DNA of 64,000 nt from Nitrospirota bacterium (GCA_963737155.1 CAVTRN010000001.1:32001-96000); one strand, 5' to 3'; counted from the first letter of the stretch, positions 30,001 through 40,908 are shown. Numbers and translations are program-made. Notes: a model not told the origin generated them from the letters alone.

Positions 30001-30237
30001 TCGATACCTCCTAGTGCATAACGCTGCAGCTGATAAAAAACTTTAACAAAAAACGCAATAATACAAAATGAATTTTGTACATTCACTAATATTATATGAA
30101 ACTCGACTTCACTTATAATCTTGCGGCCCGAAGCTGTATCTAATACCTCAACTTCCAGTTGAAATGTTGAACTACTGGAGACGAACATCGCGGTGCCCCT
30201 CCCAAGCTTTTCTCCTGTGGTATCAAGCCATCTGATA

Positions 30238-32253
30238 TTATCGGGAGGGATTTGTTTTCGGCCGCGGATTGAAGTCTCCGGGGACCACATTCGGTATGCC
30301 GTTGGCGATGTCCACCGGCGTTACGCCAATATCCTTCAAGCCGTAACCGCTTTTTTGTGGCAGCTCGTTCACGATACGTTCTGGAATCACGGCATAGGAT
30401 CGGGGAAGGGCTCGGACAGAACCCTGAAGACGAGCCTGATCAAAGGCCGAGAGCAAATCGCTCACGTCGCTCGTCATCGAATCGTCCGGTCCCCAATTGC
30501 TCCGGCCGAATTCCCGCTGACCCCGCACGCGTCCCTCGGCCTCTGCGGGTAACTCCGCTAGGGGTTTGAGCCCAAAGAGGACGTCTACGAACTTTACAAC
30601 CGACCCATGATCACCTGAATCGTGCGAGACGACGTGAACGCGGGCATAGGGCGAAATCAGAATTAACGGGACGCGTGGACCATCGGTCACAACGCTCCCG
30701 TCCGGTCCGTAGGATCGGATCGGCGGAGGAACATGATCGTAATCGCCCTCCGAATCATCCCAGGTGATGATGATCACGCAGTTCGGCCAGTATTTGCTTT
30801 GCGCGACGGCATTGACGACTTTGGCCACCAGCGCCTCGCTGATCTGCGCATCGGAATAGGCCGCATGGTCGTCGTCGCCCAGAAAGTTTTTCTGCACATC
30901 GGGATCGGGATCGGCGGGCTTCATTCCGAAGATGTTCCGGTATCCCCCTTTGACAAAAAAGACTCCGCCTTCGTCGGGAAGCCTGGAGTTCATGACATCA
31001 TCAAAGAAATCCTGGAGCCCGTGCAGATTCCGGGTGAGTTCGAGATTATTGGCGATGTAGCCGAAGTACTGCGGCCCGTTATGGTGAGTGATGTAAGAAG
31101 CATGCATTCCGCCGGCGTCGACTGGTCCCTCATCGTCGTCGGTTGGCTCTTTGTCGTAGCCTTCTTCGTACCAGCCCCATGGTATCGCTCTTCCGCCGTT
31201 TTGCCTGAGAAACGCAACATCATCCTTTACATCGGCAAGGTCGTTGTCCGGGTCGCGGTCATGCGAGGTCACTTCAGCCGCGTCTTTTCCTGACATCGAA
31301 AGCGGCAAGGTCGCATACGTCTGATTGAGCTGGATACCGTACGGATGGGGACCGGTGAAGTCACGAGGATTGACCGGCTGCTTGCCACCCGAGGGTGTCG
31401 TGTCCGCTGGAGATCCCCAAAACGGATCCCAGTCATTCAAGACCGGCTCTCCTGCCGTGCTGTCCCCATTGTCCGCATACCGCTCGTCCGGATGCAGTGC
31501 CGCCTGCGTTTGTCCGGTTTGAGCGGCAATAATGGCGAGGTTTCCGGGCGTCGAAGGACCGGTCATCAACTGGAAGACGTGATCGAAGAGCACGAATCGG
31601 TTTGCATAGCGCCACAGGAACGGAATCATATCCCCGTCCATATAGGCCATGGTAAGCTCGCCCATCTGCTTGGCCTGAAGGCTGGGAGCAGCGCCCATCT
31701 TCGGATATTTGTCTTCTTCAACTTGAGCGAACTTATCCATTTTCGCCGCGCCGTCAACGATGTCCATCTTTGCTACGATCCGAGAATGGGAGTGATCGAC
31801 GTCATCGGTGTCCGCCGCGTATTCGCGGGGTCCGATGCGGAACGGTTGGATCGTGGAGACCGTTCCGTCGGTGCCGATGAGCTGCTGATGGAATCCCGGG
31901 GTTTTTTCCGGAGGCTGCGAAAAGATCCCATCTGCCCCTGGAAACGTGCCGAAATAAGAATCAAACGAGCGGTTTTCCTGGTAGATGACGAAGACGTACT
32001 TGACGTGCTTGCGCAACAATTCGATCATCTGATCTCTTGTAAGGGCTGGCTCGTCGGTTTCGGGCACAATGTACTTCTGGACGTCTGGATCATCGGAGTA
32101 TCGCGCGATCTCACGGGACTTCCGGCTATCCCGATGATCGCTATAAGCGTTGCTCTCAGGGCGAGGCAGGGCGCAGCTCGTCAAGATGACGGGGAATTGC
32201 AGGATCAAGGCCGCCATTGTCACTGCAGAACAGAATATCTTAACATGTTTCAT
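30238..32253 (-). CDS. Phosphoesterase / phospholipase C (AcpA-like) lipoprotein
   Basis: Lipobox LTSC, QENRSFDSYFG, GPSTPG, WDDSEGDYDHV, GPRVPLILISPYA. Confidence 0.88.
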   Translation of the reverse strand: MKHVKIFCSAVTMAALILQFPVILTSCALPRPESNAYSDHRDSRKSREIARYSDDPDVQKYIVPETDEPALTRDQMIELLRKHVKYVFVIYQENRSFDSYFGTFPGADGIFSQPPEKTPGFHQQLIGTDGTVSTIQPFRIGPREYAADTDDVDHSHSRIVAKMDIVDGAAKMDKFAQVEEDKYPKMGAAPSLQAKQMGELTMAYMDGDMIPFLWRYANRFVLFDHVFQLMTGPSTPGNLAIIAAQTGQTQAALHPDERYADNGDSTAGEPVLNDWDPFWGSPADTTPSGGKQPVNPRDFTGPHPYGIQLNQTYATLPLSMSGKDAAEVTSHDRDPDNDLADVKDDVAFLRQNGGRAIPWGWYEEGYDKEPTDDDEGPVDAGGMHASYITHHNGPQYFGYIANNLELTRNLHGLQDFFDDVMNSRLPDEGGVFFVKGGYRNIFGMKPADPDPDVQKNFLGDDDHAAYSDAQISEALVAKVVNAVAQSKYWPNCVIIITWDDSEGDYDHVPPPIRSYGPDGSVVTDGPRVPLILISPYARVHVVSHDSGDHGSVVKFVDVLFGLKPLAELPAEAEGRVRGQREFGRSNWGPDDSMTSDVSDLLSAFDQARLQGSVRALPRSYAVIPERIVNELPQKSGYGLKDIGVTPVDIANGIPNVVPGDFNPRPKTNPSR

Positions 32254-32552
32254 CGAACGTCTCCTTTCGTCAATCCGCGCTTCAGGAAGCGCAGATGAAG
32301 AAAACTTTCTTCATGGGCCTCATCTAGTACGCGCTGGGACTATTAAATTATTATGACGGCGCGGTTAGCTGGCGTTTTAACCTCGATTGTGACAATCTCA
32401 TTGGTTAATGTATTCACTGGATATGCTATTTACCGAATCCTTATTTCATAACAGCAAGTTGATCTTTCGCTCTAAATTTGTACCACCCCGGGAGTTAGAC
32501 TTATAATAGCTGAGGATTAAACGAAAAAAATACTGCAGCAACTCTTTGCCTG

Positions 32553-33116
32553 TCAGTCACCGCCGATATCAACAGTCACAAAGTACTTATTAATGGCTTC
32601 CTTCGTGAATGGAAGATTATCGGTTATTCTGAGGCCGCCGTTCGCCTTACGAACCATGAAGGCTATGTCGCAATCGGCCTTTTTTAGCACTCTGCCATAC
32701 AACTCTTGGTCCAAGACATGCGCCAACAATTTCATTTTTGCAGCCGGTTCGACTGTAAATATCATAGATTCTAAGGGCGTATCTTTCATATTATGGAATT
32801 CATACTTTCCAATTACGTGTTCAGCGCCCGGCCCAGGGAGCCAGAGAAGAAAATCTCCGCGTGTTACAACGGAAATTGGGTTCTTGCTGCTATTTGTGAT
32901 CTCAACAACGATAGGCGGGACTCTCAGCGGAGCCGTTAGGTGTTTCTGTATCGTCTCCATGTTCCCCAGCAATGCCGCAGCGGCAGCAATTACTGCAAGA
33001 ATTGAGGCCAACGTGATCCTCGCTTTTGTAGATATCGCATTCCAGCGTTGCCTCCATGTGATGCGGGACGGGAGTGGCGTTCCATTGGGACCAAGTATTT
33101 TCTTTCCTTGAGTCAT
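32553..33116 (-). CDS. Hypothetical membrane-anchored protein
   Basis: 187 aa with one hydrophobic helix near the N-terminus. Confidence 0.55.
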   Translation of the reverse strand: MTQGKKILGPNGTPLPSRITWRQRWNAISTKARITLASILAVIAAAAALLGNMETIQKHLTAPLRVPPIVVEITNSSKNPISVVTRGDFLLWLPGPGAEHVIGKYEFHNMKDTPLESMIFTVEPAAKMKLLAHVLDQELYGRVLKKADCDIAFMVRKANGGLRITDNLPFTKEAINKYFVTVDIGGD

Positions 33117-33574
33117 ATTAGAGTCAGTGTTCTATCTGCTTCGGACATGTCTATTCTGCTTTGAAATTCAAGTTCTTTATATATCATGCGGCAGCGGCTG
33201 CCCCATTCTCACGGCGCGAAGCGCCGGGAAAACCAATTATTGAGTAGACTCCTACTGAACAACGCAGAATAAGTGCATAGTTAGGTAGTCTTCTTGGTCA
33301 GTTAATTAACGCTATATTATGCAAAAAATATATTCCTGATTCACGGTTCTGTCAACAAAATCGAAGAGTATGGCGAATGGATATGTGCTTTAAATGTATG
33401 CGGTAATAAATTCTAAATGAAGTATTGACTGTTGCTAAGATTGAAAACTCCAATGGTTCAGGAAGATGTTTTAATTTCAAAAAGATGCAACTTTAGCGGA
33501 CTACAGGATGTAGTCCATTCTCGGCAATTAGTCACAATGTAACTATTTCAAACTGGAACAATTAATCACAATAA

Positions 33575-34036
33575 TTATTTCGGCGGAACCATGACATCTC
33601 CTACACGCTTCCACGTGGCCGAAGTGACCTTCCATGTGCCGTCCTCCCTGGACAGGTCTACCTCAAAATTGTACACGCCAGATTCTTCCGGGAGAATGTT
33701 GCCACTCGTGTCGCGCCCGGTCATGACAGGCTGGAACATGGCCTGCGCGGTTGAACCGCTTACGACAACATCGACGCGCGGGATGTAAACCCCGATCTTC
33801 TGGTGCTGAAAGAAATTGTATGCCAGGATGTCCTTGACGGCGTTATAGTCGTTGCCCTGCGGGTCGTGGTAGCTTTTCGAGAGGTGGTCCAGCACCGCGC
33901 CGATCTTCTTCTCCTCGGCGGCATGCTGGACACTGGTAACGACCTTGATCACCTTTTCCTCTTCCGTGTCCTTCAAGCAGGAGCAAAACAGCGGTATGAG
34001 GAAGAGAATTATAAGCAGCGGCCTACGCGTTATCAT
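33575..34036 (-). CDS. NTF2-like lipoprotein
   Basis: Lipobox FCSC, LSKSYHD, EDGTWKVTSATW. Confidence 0.7.
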   Translation of the reverse strand: MITRRPLLIILFLIPLFCSCLKDTEEEKVIKVVTSVQHAAEEKKIGAVLDHLSKSYHDPQGNDYNAVKDILAYNFFQHQKIGVYIPRVDVVVSGSTAQAMFQPVMTGRDTSGNILPEESGVYNFEVDLSREDGTWKVTSATWKRVGDVMVPPK

Positions 34037-34266
34037 GGCAGTTTCCCAGTCCAGTCATCAAAATGATTTATCACAAAATAATTCCGAGCCATCCCCTATC
34101 GATCTCCCTCATTTATTGTAACAGACAGAGAAATGATTTGCGGGCAGTTATTTTCAGAGAACCCGAGGTTAATACAAGGTGAGAGGAATTTGCAAGCAGG
34201 CGGGCCGAACCGTGAGGGTTTCGAACTGTCCGGCAACGTGAAAAAACTGTCCTGATAAAAAGAATT

Positions 34267-34292
34267 GGGGTTACAGCGTACGCTGTAACCCC
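34267..34292 (-). terminator. Intrinsic terminator after tRNA
   Basis: Perfect palindrome GGGGTTACAGCGT/ACGCTGTAACCCC followed by AATTCTTTTT on the minus strand. Confidence 0.8.
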
Positions 34293-34302
34293 TTGATAAG
34301 TT

Positions 34303-34379
<77 letters not shown>

Positions 34380-34997
34380 ATGTGAGATGTGCATATTAAG
34401 GTACTATGGCGGCATTGTCAAGAAAATTCATTTCCCGGCATGCCGGTAACGGCGGCACCGATTCCGGGGATCATTGCGGCGATGCCGCTGCCGGCGCAGA
34501 GCCTGCCTTTTTACCTGCCTTCCCTCGATTCATCCCGGCCCTGTCTCCGGGTCAAAATCATTCCCCGGGAAGACGCCGGAGAACAGAGGGAGCAATCATG
34601 ATGATTGCGGGAGAGAGCAGTTGTCCGTGCTCCGGCAGCATATCCGTGCCGGACAGCGCCATGCTTGAAACGTCCGGCGAAACCCTGAGCATTCCCCGGG
34701 CGAAACCACGAAACGCAAATAGTTCATCAGTATCCGCTTGCTACTTTTGTCCCCGCCCATAACCTTTCCAAACCCTCTTGTGCTATATTGGAAAGAGAGT
34801 CCGAAAAAGTTCTCTCTTATGCCGACAAAAGCATGCGCCGCAAAACGTGCGGCTCCTGGCGGCATTTTTTTTAAGAGCGGAAAATTACGCAGAAGATGAG
34901 CGGCAAGGCCCTTCCGGAAGTGCGGGCAAATAAATTCCAGGCTTCTTCCGGCGGGCCTTCGGGGAATAATATTCACCTCACGAAGGAGGTAGCGCAA

Positions 34998-35887
34998 ATG
35001 AGACATTCAAGGGTAAGGACGCTGGCGCTGGCCGGCATGCTCTTTTTGGCCGCGGGATGCGCATCGACCCGGCCTGTGGCGCCGGCCGCCGACGAAACTC
35101 CTGCCGCGCATATCCAGGGACGGTGGGTTTGGGCGGAACTGTACGCCGACAATGTCGACACGGAGAAAGCCTTCTACCAGGAGGTCTTCGGCTGGCAGTT
35201 CGAAAGCCGCGGGAGGGGCACGGACACCCATACCCTCGTCCTCGCGGACGGCAAGCCGATCGCCGCCATCATCCAGCATGCGAAGCCGGCCGATGCCGAA
35301 CGCGCAGCGAGGTGGCTGCCGTTCATGTCCGTTCCTGACGCGGTCCGCGCCGCCGAACAGGCGGTCTCCTCCGGCGGCAAGCTCGTCGTCCCCGTCAGAT
35401 CCTCCCGGGGGTGCGTGAGTCCGCGGTCCTCGCAGACCCCGAAGGCGCGTTCTTCGGCGTGGTCCACAACAACGCTGGCGATGCACCGGACGTGTTCCCG
35501 CCCTACGATACCTGGCTATGGTTCGAGCTTTGGGCCAATGACCCGTCGGCGATGGCGGAGTTCTACCGGCCCATCGGCGCCTATACGGTGACGCGCCAGG
35601 AAGGGCCTGACGACCGGACCGAACTGCACCTGGAGGCGGGCGGGTTCCCGCGGGCCGGCATCCTGGAGCTTAAGCACAAGGACCGTCCCTCGACCTGGCT
35701 GCCCTATGTGCGTGTGCAGGACCTGCAGAAGACGGTGGCCAGCGTAACCCGCGCGGGCGGCAGCGTCGTTGTCGAGCCGAGCCCGGAGGTCCGGCACGGA
35801 ACGGTAGCCGTGTTCCTCGACCCGCTGGGCGCGGCGGTGGCGGCTGCAGAGTGGCAGGATGAGACCGGAGAGGAGGGCAAACCATGA
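34998..35887 (+). pseudogene. Double VOC/glyoxalase lipoprotein, frameshifted
   Basis: Lipobox AAGC, FYQEVFGW and WLPFMSV, then a frame change near 35397 into ADPEGAFFG...WLPYVRV...DPLGA. Confidence 0.75.
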
Positions 35888-36180
35888 AACCCTGGGCCAT
35901 CAAGAACGTTATTGCCCGTTTGCTCCTGCTGATGGCGATAGCCATGCTCCTGGCGGGCTGCTATTGGGCCGGCCCCCCGCCGGACGGGGACGGATATTAC
36001 GGAGGATACGCTCCTGCATACTACGGGGGCGACGTGATCATCGGCGTCGGCGGGCACCGGGACGGGGGACGGGGTGACAGGCGGCCTGATGTGTCTCATA
36101 TGCCGGCGCGGCGCCTCCCGGCCCCGGCGCCCCGATCCCAGTCCAGACCGGCTGGGCATCCGCAGCCTGGAAGAAGATGA
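35884..36180 (+). CDS. Small Gly/Pro-rich lipoprotein
   Basis: ATGA overlap with the upstream gene; lipobox LAGC. Confidence 0.55.
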   Translation: MKPWAIKNVIARLLLLMAIAMLLAGCYWAGPPPDGDGYYGGYAPAYYGGDVIIGVGGHRDGGRGDRRPDVSHMPARRLPAPAPRSQSRPAGHPQPGRR

Positions 36181-36564
36181 GTCTGTGAGGGAGACTTCCC
36201 CGGACATTTGAGAGAGGAAACCCCGAAAGGCTGACGCCTTGAAATGCTGAAGGTGGGTCTCCATGTACAAAAAAAATTGCATCCTGACCGGGCGGGGTTC
36301 CTTCAGAAATAGCGGGGCCGGATGCGCCGGAATGAGCAGGGAGAGATCCGGATCGGCAAGAACGCGGTGGACAAGTTCCGGTTCTTCGTTCCGGTCCCGT
36401 TAAATTTTTTGTTCCAAATTTATTTGTGGCTATGAGCCCGACGAATTCCCCGCCCGTAAGGGCGAGGCAGGTCACTGGTTGGTTTCGTCCGGGATCCCCG
36501 CGTTCGCGATTATCCCGATTATGGTTGAGGGCCGGTAAAAAACCCTCACCGTCGGCCATCGTTT

Positions 36565-36684
36565 TTACCTCAAAAGCCTGCTTTGGAGGATGTCCCGCAG
36601 ATCTCTTCTGCCGTCCAACACGCAGTGAATGAAAACCGGCTCTCCTGCCACTTCATAAATGATACGATAGGGCTTATAATAAAT
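36565..36684 (-). pseudogene. C-terminal half of ParE/RelE toxin split by ISL3
   Basis: Manual translation IYYKPYRIIYEVAGEPVFIHCVLDGRRDLRDILQSRLLR* continues the ORF at 38862-39079. Confidence 0.85.
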
Positions 36685-36695
36685 GGCTATTCGGA

Positions 36696-37997
36696 TTATC
36701 CGGTTGTTGAGGCCTGAAAGTCCTCGATGTGGAAATCCTGTGTAAAGGTTGTTATGTCGATTCCAAAGTTCTTTTGAGTGGCGAATGTCATGACTCCTCT
36801 TAGCACCGATGGGGCTATTTCAATGCGAGTTTTAAATTGCTTTGAGTTGAACAGTATTTTTGCTCTTAGAACATCGAAAGAGTACCCGCGGCCATTTCGA
36901 TTTATGTTTTTGATCACGCCATTCTTGGCTTCGGTAAGGGCGTTTGTGATGGGGAAATCGAAGAAGGCGAATATCTCAGTTTCCCAGTGAGTCATAGATA
37001 TGACGAGGGGCTCAAATATGGACTCAATTTCCAACGGGATACTGGCTTTCCAGACTTTGTACGCTTCCTTGGCCTCAATGGCTGTCTGGCAGTTCCAGAT
37101 GTCGAAAAAGGACTCCTTGAGTGTGTATGCCTGCCCCAATTCGGGGAAGTTTTTGGTCCAGATATCGAGTTTCAGCAGCTCTTTCTCATCCAAGTTTTTT
37201 TTGCGTCTAAGCAGGGTGAAGCGGTCCTTCATAAGTGCTCTTCTCCCGTGGCGAGTCTGGTTTTCCCTGGTACGCTTGCGAACGGCTTCAAGTGCATAGT
37301 TCGCCATTTTGACGATGTGAAACTTGTCAATGATGATCCTCGCGTCCGGGATGGCAGCTCGCACGGCATCCCGGTATGGCCGCCACATATCCATGGCAAC
37401 CAGCTCCACAGTCTTACGGTCTGGCATGTTCATCAGGTATTGGTACACGACGTTCTTACTGCGGGTTTCAAGCATGTCGAAGATGGTGGCTTCTTCGATG
37501 TTCGTTAGAACGCAGCGTATGCTTTTAAGCAGGTGAACCTCATCAATACCGAGTATTCGGGGCGTCTCGAACTTGAACCTTTGCTCCAGATCGGCTACGT
37601 GGCCAGAAAAGACGTTGCGCACGGTTTTTTCATCGACGCCAATCTCCTCCGCCATGCTGGTAAAAGTCCTCCTGAGAGATTGCTCCTGGATGTATTTGAT
37701 CAGGCGGTTCGTCATTGCCCGCTTGTCATCGATGTCAGGGGTTGCTTCCAGGAAGGTGCCATTGCACTTTTTACAGCGGTATCTCTGCCGGCCGATGAGG
37801 ATCTCGACCTTCTTCCCATGGATGGATAGGTCGAGGTATGACTGCTCTCTTACGCCATGCTTGATGACAGTATCTTGGCTGAGGCACGTCTCACAGAAGA
37901 CCATCCTCCAAGGGATAGTTTCGGCAGTAAAAACGTAGTGATCTGGATGCTCGTCTTCGGAAATGACTTTTAAATACGGTAAGTTAAGGATGTCCAT
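36696..37997 (-). CDS. ISL3 family transposase
   Basis: Zn-finger, LGIDE, AMDMW, IDKFHIV and TNALTEAKN. Confidence 0.95.
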   Translation of the reverse strand: MDILNLPYLKVISEDEHPDHYVFTAETIPWRMVFCETCLSQDTVIKHGVREQSYLDLSIHGKKVEILIGRQRYRCKKCNGTFLEATPDIDDKRAMTNRLIKYIQEQSLRRTFTSMAEEIGVDEKTVRNVFSGHVADLEQRFKFETPRILGIDEVHLLKSIRCVLTNIEEATIFDMLETRSKNVVYQYLMNMPDRKTVELVAMDMWRPYRDAVRAAIPDARIIIDKFHIVKMANYALEAVRKRTRENQTRHGRRALMKDRFTLLRRKKNLDEKELLKLDIWTKNFPELGQAYTLKESFFDIWNCQTAIEAKEAYKVWKASIPLEIESIFEPLVISMTHWETEIFAFFDFPITNALTEAKNGVIKNINRNGRGYSFDVLRAKILFNSKQFKTRIEIAPSVLRGVMTFATQKNFGIDITTFTQDFHIEDFQASTTG

Positions 37998-38117
37998 ACA
38001 GGAGGTTACTATATAATGTCAACCAAAGCAAAGCAAAAACACCCGTGCAAATTTATTATTGCAATGACCTAAATAATGACCTATAATTGTATCATAATTA
38101 TTTGAAAGGAGATCATC

Positions 38118-38363
38118 ATGCAACGAATTCATGCGCGTTCTTCGGTAAGCATTAGCGATTTGAAGAAAAATCCCTCAGGCATCATAACTCAGGCACAAGG
38201 TGAAGCCGTAGCCATCCTCAATCACAACCGGGCCACTGCCTATCTTGTGCCCGCCGCGTCTTTTGAAGCGATGCTAGAGCGGCTTGACGATATTAAACTT
38301 CGCCGTTTGGTGAAGGCGCGACGGAACGAGGCTTCTGTCAAGGTAGCGCTTGATGAGCTATAG
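38118..38363 (+). CDS. Phd/YefM (StbD-like) antitoxin
   Basis: SISDLKKNP...VAILNHN...AYLVP. Confidence 0.9.
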   Translation: MQRIHARSSVSISDLKKNPSGIITQAQGEAVAILNHNRATAYLVPAASFEAMLERLDDIKLRRLVKARRNEASVKVALDEL

Positions 38364-38637
38364 TCTTGAATTCAAGGAATCAGCCTTGAAAGAGTGGCGT
38401 AAACTCGACGAGAGCATCAAAGTGCAGTTCAAAAAACGACTTGCTGGGCGTATTATTTCGCCCCATGTAGCTTCTGCTCGATTGTCCGGAATGCAGAACT
38501 GCTACAAGATCAAACTCAGGGATGCCGGTTACCGGCTTGTATATGAGGTTAACGACAACCGGTTGGTGATTATTGTCATCGCAGTAGGCCGTCGCGACCA
38601 TGATCTTGTTTACAAGCGTGCAGAAAACCGTATGTAA
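38350..38637 (+). CDS. relE: RelE/StbE toxin
   Basis: ALKEWRKLD, YKIKLR..GYRLVY, AVGRR. Confidence 0.9.
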   Translation: MMSYSLEFKESALKEWRKLDESIKVQFKKRLAGRIISPHVASARLSGMQNCYKIKLRDAGYRLVYEVNDNRLVIIVIAVGRRDHDLVYKRAENRM

Positions 38638-38861
38638 AAAATCAACCAGCTACTTGGATACACAACTAGATTTCCCCGGCATCAACCGCAAAATCAGAAT
38701 ACCCTTAATATATTTTGCATGGTTCCAATCTTCGTGACGCCGCAGATATCACGTAGAAAGCGCTACAAGAGGGATAGTGTAAAAAAGATGAAAACAACCA
38801 AATAATCCGATTTGGGATGTCATGACAGAAAATGGAAAACAACCATAAAATCCGAATACCC

Positions 38862-39079
38862 TAATAAATTTCCCGATATTCCCGAATGCCAAGCCGCTCC
38901 AGTTCCGGTGGATAATGCCCCCTTACGGGCGACGTTTGCAGGCTGAGTATGGTTTGTTCGATGTCCAGAAAAAGCCGTTCAGCCTTCTCTTCGGAATCAT
39001 TGCGTTTGACATAGACATACACATCATCTATGTCCCTTTCCGCGTTTTCGAGGATATAAACCGAAAAGAGCTTTGTCAT
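38862..39079 (-). pseudogene. N-terminal half of ParE/RelE toxin interrupted by ISL3
   Basis: AERDIDD...RGHYPPELERLGIREYREIY, then a stop created at the IS end. Confidence 0.85.
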
Positions 39080-39288
39080 TTGCCTGCTGCCCGTTTTTTC
39101 CGCAAATCCCTGAAAGCCTTTGTAGCCGGTTTGTATCTCCCCGCCTCAAGGCTTTTTTTGCTCTGGGCAAGAATTTTTAACATGGCGAGGCTCTCTTGCA
39201 GCTCCTCATACTCATTGATGCCCTGAATAACCGCCTTTGCCTCTCCATTGAGCGTAATAATAACAGGACTTCGGCTTTCTCCGACCAC
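39076..39288 (-). pseudogene. Phd/YefM antitoxin, probably 5'-truncated
   Basis: PVIITLNGEAKAVIQ...ESLAMLKILA; the usual N-terminal ~20 residues are missing. Confidence 0.65.
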
Positions 39289-39327
39289 CCGTCGCGATCG
39301 CCCCTAACAGCGCCCGGACTGACTGCA

Positions 39328-39361
39328 AGCCCGACGCGCTACCGGTCTGCTCCGGCCCGCG
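39328..39361 (-). pseudogene. Degenerate 5' half of tRNA-fMet
   Basis: 30/34 identical to 34346-34379. Confidence 0.75.
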
Positions 39362-39588
39362 GCGGATGGTTTAAGGGACATCTTCGGGATGTGCCTGCCG
39401 TCATCATCTCTCCATAACCTCTCCGCTCTATTCTGATCAGTAAGCACGGCTTTCGCGCGCTGCCCGCAGAACGGATAGCCGACATTCGCTCTATTTCAAG
39501 AGACAGGAACATCCACTGCGGTAAATGACGTGGAAACCAGTTTACCGCAAGGACCGTTCTTAAGCCTCCGTGAGCAAGCCTGAATGTA

Positions 39589-39738
39589 AGTGAATTACCC
39601 CGCAGCAAGCTGCGGGGCATCGGAACTTGAAACCTTAAAAAAGCACAACAAAGAAGCTGAAGACTTATCCTAGCTTCGCCAGGATGTCCTTTTCATCCCA
39701 GCAGCAAGCTGCTGGGTATTTCAGGACTGTTTTATAAA
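39589..39738. mobile_element. Palindromic miniature element (IS200/IS605-derived, PATE-like), copy 1
   Basis: 149/150 identical to 56773-56922. Hairpins CCCCGCAGC-AA-GCTGCGGGG and CCCAGCAGC-AA-GCTGCTGGG near the ends; no transposase. Confidence 0.75.
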
Positions 39739-39819
39739 AAATGCCGCTCAAAATTGCTTATCGTGACGGGATATACTTATTATAAGGAAGTCGAAAACTG
39801 GCGGTCAGGAGGGAGAACC

Positions 39820-40908
39820 ATGAAGATTAAATCCGGCCCTATAGCAGCCTTGATGACGGCGCTGTTTTTGATTACAGTAACCGGATGTGGCAACAATAAT
39901 ACCAACAATTTTTTCTATTACGGCGGTGAGAACGATTATATTATGACAGACCCGTCAGGACTTACCTGGATGAAGTTTACCCGTGATCAGAACGGGAACC
40001 TTTCAGGTTACGTGGATGATATTGAAGGTTACACCTATAATTTTACCGGCACGGTGGCTTCAGATGGCACTTTTACACTATCGGGGACGGGTTATGCCGC
40101 GACCGGAACGATATCGACCGATGGAACAGTAAGCATTCCCAGTGAACAGTTGTCGCTCCCCGGAGGCATCTCGTCGACTAATGCATATGGTTTTTTGGTG
40201 CAGCCGGCACTTACGCAGGTCGCCGGTTCCTATTATTCCGCCATAACCGGCACGAGTACTTCGGCATATGGGATTACCATTCATGGCGATGGCACCGTCG
40301 CCGGAGAAAGCCTGGACATTTTCGGGAACAAGTTTACTATTTGTAATGGTTACATAAGCACTTCAGGAAGCACTTCGGGACAGTTCATCGGGCAGGTGAA
40401 GAATCCCAGCCTCTTTTTAGCGCCAATTCCGGTTACGGGTACGACGGATGGAACCAATTTTACGCCGGGCCTCCTGACTTACATCGACCTGACCAGCCGA
40501 ATGAGCAGTACTCTCCAGTGGATGGCGGGGGTACTGTCCATGAATATCAACGCCGGACTGTATTACGGAACAATGGAGTTCGGAGGTGTTACGAGCCCGG
40601 GCAGACTCATCATTAATTCCGATAATGTTATCCTGGGTAATATAAAAACAGATCCTTTGGGCGGACTATATGGCGGATTCTTGTCGGGGAACGCTTACCA
40701 GCCTGATCCTGCAACGAGTCCTTCGCAATGGGCATTTAATTTGGACTATTCCATCAATACCTACTCCGCTGCAACCGGATACGGCTCTCTCCCGGGCGGA
40801 ACCTTCAGCGGCAGTTTTTCAGGCTACACTTTAAGCGGGGATGGTACAAGCAATTCTACTCCCCCGCAGACCGGGATGATCAGTTTCTCACTGATCAACA
40901 GCTTCTAG
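39820..40908 (+). CDS. Gly/Thr-rich beta-strand lipoprotein
   Basis: AGGAGG RBS; lipobox VTGC. Confidence 0.7.
   Translation: MKIKSGPIAALMTALFLITVTGCGNNNTNNFFYYGGENDYIMTDPSGLTWMKFTRDQNGNLSGYVDDIEGYTYNFTGTVASDGTFTLSGTGYAATGTISTDGTVSIPSEQLSLPGGISSTNAYGFLVQPALTQVAGSYYSAITGTSTSAYGITIHGDGTVAGESLDIFGNKFTICNGYISTSGSTSGQFIGQVKNPSLFLAPIPVTGTTDGTNFTPGLLTYIDLTSRMSSTLQWMAGVLSMNINAGLYYGTMEFGGVTSPGRLIINSDNVILGNIKTDPLGGLYGGFLSGNAYQPDPATSPSQWAFNLDYSINTYSAATGYGSLPGGTFSGSFSGYTLSGDGTSNSTPPQTGMISFSLINSF

Larger units (their letters stand above)
36685..38861 (-). mobile_element. ISL3-family element carrying a type II TA module
   Basis: Imperfect IRs GGCTATTCGGATTATCCGGTTGTT / GGGTATTCGGATTTTATGGTTGTT (20/24). 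Exact TSD TAATAAAT at 36677-36684 and 38862-38869. Confidence 0.9.

Noticed and set aside
30010-30035. GTTATGC before the GIY-YIG start, resembling an integron cassette boundary
   Set aside because: No convincing attC palindrome downstream and no integron integrase.
31345-32298. 317-aa plus-strand ORF
   Set aside because: Antisense shadow of the GC-rich phosphoesterase gene.
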